64,000 nucleotides of DNA from Deinococcales bacterium (GTDB lineage Bacteria; Deinococcota; Deinococci; Deinococcales; JAAFIG01), in assembly GCA_043778225.1 (NCBI GenBank), contig JAYWGM010000075.1, positions 1 through 64,000 of the forward strand, written 5' to 3'. The position numbers and the translations under genes were made by a program. Within the stretch, counting starts at the first letter, position 1, and every line of letters starts with the position of its first letter. This document shows positions 56,219 through 64,000 of the stretch, piece after piece. The notes under the pieces were generated by a model. It had not been told where the DNA came from, searched no databases, and saw nothing but the letters and a program-made list of their open reading frames with translations.

Positions 56219-57541
56219 ATGAAGTTTCAAACCATCAAAGGCACTTTTGACCGTTTACCAGCCGACTCGAGTCAATGGCGCTTTATCCAAGAAACCGCCC
56301 GCACTGTTCTCGAGCGCTTTGGAGCAGGGGAAATTCACACGCCAGTTTTTGAAGATGTTGGCGTTTTTCTAAAAGCGGTTGGCGATTCTTCGGATATTGT
56401 GCGTAAAGAAATGTATACCTTTACCGACCGAGGCGGACGCAATTTATGTTTACGTCCAGAAGCCACGGCTGGCATGGTACGCGCCTATCTCGAGCATGGC
56501 TTTGGTTCAAAGCCCACACCGGTCAAATTCTGGACGTTTGAGCCGATGTTTCGCGGCGAGAAACCACAAAAAGGACGTGAGCGCCAATTTCATCAAGTTG
56601 GTTTTGAAATCCTTGGGCTTGCCGATGCCCTTGCCGATGCTGAAATCATTGATGCAGGAGTGCAGCTTCTCTCGAGCTTGGGAATTAAGGATTATGTGAT
56701 TCACCTTGGTTCAGTTGGCGACCCAGAAGATAGAGCAACTTATAATCAGTATTTGCGCGATACCCTCTCCCCTGTTCTTGAGCAGTTGAGTCAAGATTCT
56801 CGGGAGCGTCTGGTCTTAAATCCAATGAGAATTTTAGACAGCAAAGACAAAGCCGATCAAGCGCTGTTGCTCGAGTTACAAGTCAAACCAATGCTCGAGT
56901 TTCTAGGCGTGGCGGCTCGAGAACACTTTGAAGCGGTTCAAAAGTGCTTAATTGCTTGGGAGATTCCTTTTGTGGTGGACTCGAGCATTGTGCGTGGCTT
57001 AGATTATTACCGTCGCACAGCTTTTGAGTTTATCCATAACGACCCAAGTATGGCTGGGTGCAGCACGATTCTGGCAGGTGGGCGTTACGATGGTCTTGCC
57101 GAGATTCTGGGCGGACAGCACACGCCGGGCGTAGGCTGGGGTTGCGGCGTAGAACGGGTAATCCTTGCGATGGAAGCCGAGCAGATTGCTGTGCCAGACC
57201 TTGAGAAACCACTGGTTTACGTTATCCCACTGGATGAAGACAGTATTTTATATGCACAAAATGTGGCTCGAGCCGTGCGAAGTATTGGGCAAGCGCTTTG
57301 TGCTTATAAACCTAAAAAACTTGGAAAAGCCTTAGATGAGGCAAATAAAAACGGCGCAAAGTTCTTAGTTTTTATTGGCGACCGCGAACGTGATTTCAAT
57401 AAAGTAACATTTAGGATTATGGCAACTGGAATGTTTTCCAACGTTATGTACTTAAATGAATTTATTGAACGACTAAAAAATCCAGAGGAACTAATTCAAT
57501 ATATTGAGTCTCTACCAATGGAATCTTCAATAAAACCTTAA
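56219..57541 (+). CDS. hisS: Histidyl-tRNA synthetase
   Basis: KEMYTF, LRPEAT, MFRGEKPQKGRERQFHQ, VRGLDYY, GGRYDGL. Confidence 0.96.
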   Translation: MKFQTIKGTFDRLPADSSQWRFIQETARTVLERFGAGEIHTPVFEDVGVFLKAVGDSSDIVRKEMYTFTDRGGRNLCLRPEATAGMVRAYLEHGFGSKPTPVKFWTFEPMFRGEKPQKGRERQFHQVGFEILGLADALADAEIIDAGVQLLSSLGIKDYVIHLGSVGDPEDRATYNQYLRDTLSPVLEQLSQDSRERLVLNPMRILDSKDKADQALLLELQVKPMLEFLGVAAREHFEAVQKCLIAWEIPFVVDSSIVRGLDYYRRTAFEFIHNDPSMAGCSTILAGGRYDGLAEILGGQHTPGVGWGCGVERVILAMEAEQIAVPDLEKPLVYVIPLDEDSILYAQNVARAVRSIGQALCAYKPKKLGKALDEANKNGAKFLVFIGDRERDFNKVTFRIMATGMFSNVMYLNEFIERLKNPEELIQYIESLPMESSIKP

Positions 57542-57560
57542 TCTCGAGTATAGTGTTTCT

Positions 57561-58133
57561 ATGACTGCACTGCTTGAACCTCCAATTACCAGAGGTGCAA
57601 TTCCAATACCGCTCATGCGCGTGGATTTAGCCCATTATGACCGTATGATTGCGGCTGGTGTGTTCGATGACCAAAAAGTGGAGTTGTTAGACGGTCTGAT
57701 TTTGGAGCGTGAACCCATGAAACCTGTTCATTACACTCGAGTTAAACGTATTTATGATCGTTTGCTTAGTCAGTTTTCTGGATTAGCTACGGTGTATTCC
57801 GAAGTTCCGATCGAATTACCGCATGATGGTCGTCCACATCCTGATGTTTTACTGGCTCGAGTTGGCGCAGGCGACGAAAATTACACAATGCCAGAAGATA
57901 TTTTTTTGCTGCTCGAGGTAGCGGATACTTCTTTGGAGCGAGACCGAGAATTCAAGAGTTTTTTATATACAAGAGATTTTATTGGTGAATATTGGATTTT
58001 GAATTTGCGGCTGAATCAACTCGAGGTGTACCGTGAACCAAATGGCGAGGCGTATACTTCTAAATTGGTTTTTCCTTTTGGGGTCAAGGTCGCGTGTTTG
58101 GCTTTTCCAAACCTCGAGATTGATTGGTCATAA
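57561..58133 (+). CDS. Uma2 family putative endonuclease
   Basis: VELLDG, PDV, LEVADTS..DR..K..Y, EYWILN. Confidence 0.88.
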   Translation: MTALLEPPITRGAIPIPLMRVDLAHYDRMIAAGVFDDQKVELLDGLILEREPMKPVHYTRVKRIYDRLLSQFSGLATVYSEVPIELPHDGRPHPDVLLARVGAGDENYTMPEDIFLLLEVADTSLERDREFKSFLYTRDFIGEYWILNLRLNQLEVYREPNGEAYTSKLVFPFGVKVACLAFPNLEIDWS

Positions 58134-58134
58134 T

Positions 58135-58326
58135 ATGAACTCGAATTGGGTTGAAGAATTTGAGGCAGCCGCTAAACGCCCGTTAAAAACACGTCTCAAA
58201 TATGCTTTTATCAAAACTTATAAGCCAATTCTCGACGACGAACCTTTTCATGCCTTTAAGACCATGCACGACTACCGAGAATGGTGCAAGCAATTACCTT
58301 CGTGGCTTGGGTTTGAACGTGTTTAA
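58135..58326 (+). CDS. Small hypothetical protein (63 aa)
   Basis: EFEAAAKRPL..R..YAFIKTYKP..DD...DYREWC..LPSWLG; recalled as a conserved small family. Confidence 0.6.
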   Translation: MNSNWVEEFEAAAKRPLKTRLKYAFIKTYKPILDDEPFHAFKTMHDYREWCKQLPSWLGFERV

Positions 58327-58369
58327 TTACCAACAAGCCCTTGAAGTTCGTGATGCTTTTGAGCGTTAA
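58313..58369 (+). pseudogene. Possible truncated N-terminus of a partner (nucleotidyltransferase-like) gene
   Basis: Overlapping TTG-start fragment (M)NVFNYQQALEVRDAFER* that stops after 18 codons. Confidence 0.35.
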
Positions 58370-58416
58370 TAATTTATGAGTCGCTTGCCCTAGCGTTTGC
58401 CTGTTAAACTCGAGCG

Positions 58417-60171
58417 ATGAAACGAACCCACTATTGTAATGACCTCTCGCAAAGCCACGTCGGTCAAATTGTGACCTTAAACGGCTGGGTTTCTCGAGTG
58501 CGCGAATTCCCCGATACCCGTTTTATTGTGCTGCGTGACCGCTCTGGCATCGTGCAAATTACGGTAGACTCGAGCAATTTATGTTTTGCGATCGCCGACC
58601 AGTGCAAGTCCGAATATGTTCTCGAGGTCGTAGGAATTGTTCAGGCTAGAAGCGAGCAAAATAAATCGGCTGCCTATGCCACGGGTGCAATAGAAATTAT
58701 TCCAACCACTCTCGAGATTTTAGCCAAATCCAAACCCGTACCGTTTCCAGTGGATGGCACGCCAATCACCACCTCCGAAGAAATTCGCTTAAAGTATCGC
58801 TATTTGGATTTGCGCCGTGAGCCTTTGCGCGAAGCCTTAAAGCTGCGCTCTAAAACAATTTCGAGTATTTATCAGTTTTTGGACTCCGAAGGTTTTATCA
58901 GTGTCGAAACACCAATGCTGACCAAATCCACCCCAGAAGGCGCACGAGATTACCTTGTTCCAAGCCGTACCAGTGCTGGCAATTTTTATGCGCTGCCGCA
59001 AAGTCCACAGCTTTTTAAGCAACTTTTGATGATTGCTAATTTTGATAAGTATTTCCAGATTGCGCGTTGTTTTCGTGATGAAGATTTACGAGCCGACCGC
59101 CAACCAGATTTTACGCAACTCGATATTGAGATGAGCTTTGTGGATGTGGACGATGTTCTTTTATTAAACGAACGTTTGATTCAACACGTTTTTAAGCAAA
59201 CCCTAAATGTGGATGTACCTCTCCCCTTGCCGCGTCTAAGCTATGAAGATGCACTTAACCGCTTTGGTTCAGATAAACCCGACCAGCGTTTTGGTCTCGA
59301 GATTCAAGATGTCTCAGGAATCGTTGCAGAAACTGGGTTTGCGGTCTTCAAAACTGCCCTCGAGTCTGGCGGAACGGTACGGGTTTTAACTGTACCAGCC
59401 GAACTCAGCCGTAAACAAATCGAAAGCCTCGAGCAAGTGGCAAAACAAAATGGTGCAAAAGGCTTGGCATGGACAAAAGCCACCGCTTTGGGTTTTGAAG
59501 GCGGAATCGCTAAGTTCCTCTCCCCTGCCGAAGTTGCTTTGTTGCTCGAGCAAACAGGTGCAGTTATAGGGCAGACGCTACTTTTTGGGGCAGATACTCG
59601 AGATACAGCCCTCAAGGCTTTAGGTGCGGTTCGCTTGGCATTGCGCGACGAGTTAAAACTGATTAGCGCAGATTCGCCACGCTTTCACTTTTCTTGGATT
59701 ACAGATTTCCCGTTGCTCGAGTGGGATGAAGACAACCAGCGTTTTACCTTTATGCACCACCCGTTTACCAGCCCGAGTCTGGAAGATATGCACAAATTTG
59801 GAACAGCCGAAATGGGCAGCATGAAGGCTCGAGCTTATGATTTAGTCCTAAATGGTTATGAAGTTGGCGGCGGTAGCATCCGAATTCACCAGCCAGAAAT
59901 CCAAGAAAAAATGTTTAACGCGATTGGTTTTAGCACACTTCAGGCTCGAGAACGCTTTGGGTTTTTTATGGAAGCGCTCGAGTATGGCACACCACCACAT
60001 GGCGGAATTGCATGGGGCTTAGACCGTATGGTGTCAGTCATGGCTGGGGCTGAGACCATCCGCGATGTGATTGCTTTTCCTAAAAACACCAAGGGTATAG
60101 ACATTATGGCAGATGCACCAAGTATCGTGGACGAAAAACAACTGGCGGATTTGCATATCAAATTGCGCTAA
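58417..60171 (+). CDS. aspS: Aspartyl-tRNA synthetase
   Basis: MKRTHYC, RLKYRYLDLR, STPEGARDY, LPQSPQLFKQ, RCFRDED, PPHGGIAWGLDR. Confidence 0.97.
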   Translation: MKRTHYCNDLSQSHVGQIVTLNGWVSRVREFPDTRFIVLRDRSGIVQITVDSSNLCFAIADQCKSEYVLEVVGIVQARSEQNKSAAYATGAIEIIPTTLEILAKSKPVPFPVDGTPITTSEEIRLKYRYLDLRREPLREALKLRSKTISSIYQFLDSEGFISVETPMLTKSTPEGARDYLVPSRTSAGNFYALPQSPQLFKQLLMIANFDKYFQIARCFRDEDLRADRQPDFTQLDIEMSFVDVDDVLLLNERLIQHVFKQTLNVDVPLPLPRLSYEDALNRFGSDKPDQRFGLEIQDVSGIVAETGFAVFKTALESGGTVRVLTVPAELSRKQIESLEQVAKQNGAKGLAWTKATALGFEGGIAKFLSPAEVALLLEQTGAVIGQTLLFGADTRDTALKALGAVRLALRDELKLISADSPRFHFSWITDFPLLEWDEDNQRFTFMHHPFTSPSLEDMHKFGTAEMGSMKARAYDLVLNGYEVGGGSIRIHQPEIQEKMFNAIGFSTLQARERFGFFMEALEYGTPPHGGIAWGLDRMVSVMAGAETIRDVIAFPKNTKGIDIMADAPSIVDEKQLADLHIKLR

Positions 60172-60210
60172 GCTAACTTTTTTGGTCTGGATAAATTATA
60201 GGATTATGGG

Positions 60211-60266
60211 TAATAAGTGAAATAATTCACGATTATGCTAATTTCGTGAATTATTTATTGTAAATT
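60211..60266 (+). repeat. ~55-bp AT-rich dispersed element, copy 3 of 4
   Basis: taataagtgaaataattcacgattatgctaatttcgtgaattatttattgtaaatt; perfect 13-bp inverted repeat AAATAATTCACGA/TCGTGAATTATTT. Confidence 0.85.
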
Positions 60267-60345
60267 AGTCAATGAGTTTACCTTCACAGTTTTCACACTG
60301 GAAACACGTGTCTCTACTGTAAACTCGGGCATACTAAGGAGAACC

Positions 60346-61068
60346 ATGAAAAAGTTAATTATTGGCGCGTTATTCTCGAGTTTTATTATTGTTGCTTGTA
60401 ATCCAACACCAATCCCAGATACGTTTGTTCGCTTTGTCAATACCATGCCCGACTCTACTGGTGTTAAGGTGTTTTTCGCACAGGACTTAATTAGCGGAGA
60501 AACCCCTGTTCCTTTTAAGGGAGCTTTCCCATCACTCACTTCGTTCCGTACCGAGAAACCAACTAACTTAACCTACAGTTTATGTCCAGCCGATTTACTC
60601 GATTGTCCAACGGTTGTTAAAAACAAAACCATTAATTTAGTTAGCAATATTCAAAACACTGTTTTCTTAATCGGAACGAAAATGACAACCGATGATTCAG
60701 GGACAGATGCTCGACCTTTGGAAGTCTTAAATTTCACAAGCGAAACAGCTACGCCTTCGGTTGGTAAAGCACGAATTCGAGTTCTTCATGCGCTGCCGAA
60801 TCTTGATGCTAAAAAACTTGACTTATACATCACTGCCCCAGATGCCGCCCTGAGCGGTTTTCCACCGGAATTACTCTATAAAAATATCTTTGATTATCGT
60901 GACTTAACTGCTGGTTCGTATCAGATTCGTGCAACCGCTCCAGCCGTCACCGACACGATTTTGGTAGACTCTGGGACGCTGGCGCTTGAAGCAGGGAAAA
61001 CCTATACCGCCGTATTGGTAAAACCAGATGTCAATAAATTAGGCGTAATACTTCTAACCGATAAATAA
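60346..61068 (+). CDS. DUF4397 family lipoprotein
   Basis: Lipobox IVAC, VRFVNTMPD, RIRVLHALP..LDLYIT, LEAGKTYT. Confidence 0.82.
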   Translation: MKKLIIGALFSSFIIVACNPTPIPDTFVRFVNTMPDSTGVKVFFAQDLISGETPVPFKGAFPSLTSFRTEKPTNLTYSLCPADLLDCPTVVKNKTINLVSNIQNTVFLIGTKMTTDDSGTDARPLEVLNFTSETATPSVGKARIRVLHALPNLDAKKLDLYITAPDAALSGFPPELLYKNIFDYRDLTAGSYQIRATAPAVTDTILVDSGTLALEAGKTYTAVLVKPDVNKLGVILLTDK

Positions 61069-61072
61069 GGAA

Positions 61073-62065
61073 TCAATCGAGGTTTTGAGTTAAATAATTT
61101 GCCGCCGCCAAACCGCTTTCAAAAGCGGTTTCAATTCTGCTGTTACCATCTGGAGCGCACCAATCGCCACAAAAAACAAGTTTATTCTGGGCTAAAAACG
61201 CTTCGGGATGAGGCTGGCTGGCTTGGGCATAACGCCAGCGATGAGCGATGACTTCAGTGGTCTCGAGTGGTGCGGCAAAGAGTTCTTGGATGGCTGCCAA
61301 TAATTCAGCAATGATGGCTTGAGAATTTTGCTCGAGGTTGAGAAGACTCCATTGTGCATTGGCGTGAGCCACCAAAACTGGCTCTCCACCGCGCTTGGTG
61401 TGTTCTAAACTGACCCAAGAAAGAATCGGATGTTCCAAGCGTAAGGATTTCCAAGCCACCGATGGCAATTCTTTAAGCGCCACAATCAAAGCCCAGCATG
61501 GCACAAAACGAACCGCTTCTAGAGCAGTGGCAGTTGTTGGCTCGAGGATGGCTCGAGTCAATGCCAAGGCTTGCAGGGCTGGTGTATTGACCAAGACTGC
61601 TCGAGCTAGGTGTCTATCGCCATGCTCGAGAACGACTTGATGTTGGTCTACAACTGCACTGACCAAGGCATTTTGAACGATTTCGAGCGGTGGCTCGGAA
61701 TCATCTCCATCGCGCAAGACTTTACCCAAAGTCGTCATACCCGCCGCGATGCTGTAGCGTGGATAGCCATTGGTGCTTTGGATTTGCCCAGATTGCCAAG
61801 TTTGGATACCGTGCTGCCAAACCTGTACGATGCCTCGAGACTCGAGTTGTTTGACAAAAGCCGCAAATGCCTCATTTCGCACCGTAAAAAATGGCGCACC
61901 ATAATCTGCCAGCGCTCCAGAAGACAAGCGCTTGGTAGCAGCCCGACCAGCCACACCACGCGATTTCTCGAGAACCCGCACCGTAAAACCAGACCGCATC
62001 AAGGCTCGAGCGGCGGTTAGCCCTGCTACACCCGCACCAATAACCAAAACATCCACTTTTTCCAT
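61073..62065 (-). CDS. Renalase-like NAD(P)/FAD-dependent oxidoreductase
   Basis: IGAGVAG, EKSRGVAGR, DYGA, HRWRYA, CGDW, AFESG. Confidence 0.9.
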   Translation of the reverse strand: MEKVDVLVIGAGVAGLTAARALMRSGFTVRVLEKSRGVAGRAATKRLSSGALADYGAPFFTVRNEAFAAFVKQLESRGIVQVWQHGIQTWQSGQIQSTNGYPRYSIAAGMTTLGKVLRDGDDSEPPLEIVQNALVSAVVDQHQVVLEHGDRHLARAVLVNTPALQALALTRAILEPTTATALEAVRFVPCWALIVALKELPSVAWKSLRLEHPILSWVSLEHTKRGGEPVLVAHANAQWSLLNLEQNSQAIIAELLAAIQELFAAPLETTEVIAHRWRYAQASQPHPEAFLAQNKLVFCGDWCAPDGNSRIETAFESGLAAANYLTQNLD

Positions 62066-62135
62066 GCTGCCATTTTTTCAGTTTTTGCTGGTACTTTCTG
62101 CACTGTACACTGCACTTGGGATAAGCTGTTAGACA

Positions 62136-62921
62136 ATGCTGACCCCTGAACACAAACAAAAAGTTCGTCAACTTGCTAGGGATTTTGTCGAAGTTTACGA
62201 TGCCCGAGAGCCTTTTGACCTCGCCAATGCAATTGGCGTAAGGCTCGAGTACGGCGATCTCGGCGATAAGGATGGGGCGTTTGACCCCGAGCGCAATGTG
62301 GTCTTCTTGTCTAAAAAGTCTAGCCTCGAGCGGCAGCGCTTTACCATGGCGCACGAAGTCAGCCACTTTTTAATTTTAGCCGATGATGAATTTTTATCCG
62401 ATTTACACGATGCTTACGAAGGCGATTTACTCGAGGCAAACATTGAAACGCTATGTAACATCGGTGCAAGTGCGATTTTGGTTTCCGAAGAACAACTCGA
62501 GGTGGTTTTAACTCGCTATGGGCAGAGCGCTCGAGCGGTCAGTAAAATTGCCCAGACTTTTGGTATTTCTAAACCCGCCGCCTGTGTGGTGCTGAGCGAA
62601 AAAATGCTTGAGCCAGCCGTGGTGGCAATTTTACGCGCCAAAGGAAAGAACACCACCCGACGCGAAATGCTCCACGATGGAGAAACACCACTTCGCAGCC
62701 TTGAAGTCAGCTTTGCCGCCAAAAGCGAAAGCATGAAGTACACCCTTGCCAACGGCACAATTATTCCTAACGAGCATCCAGCCTATGTGGCACTTGAGAC
62801 AGGCTTACCAATCGAAGAAGAAAGTTACTTGCCTTTTAAGAGCGGCAAAAAAATGCCAGCTTTGGTGGACGCACATTCAGAAGGCAATATCGTCATTGTG
62901 GTCTTTCGTATTGAAGCATGA
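62136..62921 (+). CDS. irrE: IrrE/PprI zinc metalloprotease (radiation response regulator)
   Basis: RQRFTMAHEVSH (HExxH), IETLCNIGASAIL, HTH, C-terminal GAF-like MKYTL..GT.IP..HP, PFKSGKKMPA. Confidence 0.88.
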   Translation: MLTPEHKQKVRQLARDFVEVYDAREPFDLANAIGVRLEYGDLGDKDGAFDPERNVVFLSKKSSLERQRFTMAHEVSHFLILADDEFLSDLHDAYEGDLLEANIETLCNIGASAILVSEEQLEVVLTRYGQSARAVSKIAQTFGISKPAACVVLSEKMLEPAVVAILRAKGKNTTRREMLHDGETPLRSLEVSFAAKSESMKYTLANGTIIPNEHPAYVALETGLPIEEESYLPFKSGKKMPALVDAHSEGNIVIVVFRIEA

Positions 62922-62930
62922 ACAGTGTAG

Positions 62931-62986
62931 TATCATGTGAAATATATCACGATTATACTAATTTCGTGAAATTTTTATTGTGAATT
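62931..62986 (+). repeat. ~55-bp AT-rich dispersed element, copy 4 of 4
   Basis: tatcatgtgaaatatatcacgattatactaatttcgtgaaatttttattgtgaatt, between convergent genes. Confidence 0.85.
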
Positions 62987-63060
62987 TCCCTAGCAAAGTC
63001 AATCCAAGGAAACTCAAGTAGCAAGTAACGACCGCGAGTCTCAAAGATAAAAACGCTTTC

Positions 63061-63786
63061 TTATTTAACAGCTTCAAGCAACCATGCCCGAACATGAATT
63101 TGTGCCGAAAAATGCAGCAGTTCCGGCTTGGGCGGCAATCTAAAGCCGAGCCAATCGGTCATGGTGTTACTCGAGAAATCGGCTTGGGCGGGTTGCAATT
63201 GCCACGGCTGATGGTCAATCTCGCCTCGGAAAATTTGCCCAGTACGGTTAGCACTGTATAAACAATAGCGCTCTGTTAGCCAATGCTCAAGCGAACCTAC
63301 TTGGCTTTGGTAAACTGCACCAGTCGGCTGGTATTGGCACGAAAAATCTGCTTTTGGCTCGGCTTGGTGGGTTCTCTGGCTGGCATAAGTGATGATCTTA
63401 TTTTGACTCAAGACTTGCATTTTTGCATCCATGTAAGGCAGATGAAAACCAAATCGCGCCGCCCGCACGGCAAACAGGTTATTGCAATCGAGCGAAAAAA
63501 ACCAAACACCAGACTTTTTACCGTTCGTCACATAAGTACGAACGTTTAATTCGTCAAAATCCGAAAGCCCCGGCACAGTCAGCCATTTTCGAGGACTGGT
63601 CTGGCGCATTTGAAACGGAACAACGCCAAGCCATGCAAAACCGTCAAAAGTCTCGAGTTGTAAGCCCTTGGGCAGCAGTGGCTCGAGTAGGCTTGGCTTG
63701 ACTGCCCAGTGAGCAAACAGCAAGTTGTGCCACTCCATGTACATCACCCACGGGCGCGAAGGGATTTGCCACGGGCGGTGACTCAC
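63061..63786 (-). CDS. YqjF/DUF2071 family protein
   Basis: HRPW, W.NLLFAHW, ELNVRTYV, GVWFFSLD, WLTERYCLY. GTG start overlaps the upstream stop. Confidence 0.9.
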   Translation of the reverse strand: MSHRPWQIPSRPWVMYMEWHNLLFAHWAVKPSLLEPLLPKGLQLETFDGFAWLGVVPFQMRQTSPRKWLTVPGLSDFDELNVRTYVTNGKKSGVWFFSLDCNNLFAVRAARFGFHLPYMDAKMQVLSQNKIITYASQRTHQAEPKADFSCQYQPTGAVYQSQVGSLEHWLTERYCLYSANRTGQIFRGEIDHQPWQLQPAQADFSSNTMTDWLGFRLPPKPELLHFSAQIHVRAWLLEAVK

Positions 63787-64000
63787 GATAAAAAACGCTT
63801 TTTGAGTTCTGGGGTCGGCATCATACACGAGACTTGCCGACCAAACCACGCATAACGATTTTTGGCAAGGAATTTATAGACAGCATCGCGCACAAATTTT
63901 GGCACAATCAGCAGTGCAAATGCCCAAGACCACGGCGCACCCAAGGCTCGAGCCAAGCGCAAAACCGCCTCCGAACGCGAATAGACCACGCCATTCTCGA
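63783..64000 (-). CDS. DCC-family thiol-disulfide oxidoreductase (DUF393), partial
   Basis: SEAVL..LGAPW..VPKFVRDAVY..AKNRYAWFGR..C.MP; 5' end lies outside the window. Confidence 0.88.
   Translation of the reverse strand, partial: ENGVVYSRSEAVLRLARALGAPWSWAFALLIVPKFVRDAVYKFLAKNRYAWFGRQVSCMMPTPELKKRFLS

Noticed and set aside
282..63701. Numerous short overlapping ORFs in the track
   Set aside because: They are antisense or alternate-frame shadows of well-supported genes.

Overview
64 kb of chromosome from a Deinococcota (Deinococcales-like) bacterium with GC near 50%. The assignment rests on IrrE/PprI, a LysW-type lysZ, a Thermus-type icd, a Deinococcus-type Xer-like recombinase and many leaderless TANNNT-N5-7-ATG starts. 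Housekeeping genes (ispD, ispE, icd, nadV, nadM-nudix, lysZ, tmk, radA, suhB, potABC, hisS, aspS) are mixed with signalling, stress and lipoprotein genes. A decaying accessory stretch lies at about 41.6-52.7 kb (P450, esterase, MarR, duplicated small genes, GNAT, cupins, VapBC, tyrosine recombinase). I recognised no rRNA, tRNA or CRISPR array. The most notable signals are: (1) strong iteration of the palindrome CTCGAG, including in hairpin stems, absent from some accessory patches; (2) an AfsR/SARP-like BTAD-NB-ARC-TPR regulator with a recurring TGCGACGCT direct-repeat box exactly 8 nt before the -10 at three promoters, near an orphan peptide with a lasso-like leader; (3) a four-copy ~55-bp AT-rich element after gene 3' ends; (4) a family B DNA polymerase with an RDRM (DdrO/IrrE)-like operator on its start codon. 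All product calls come from motif recognition by eye, not database searches.
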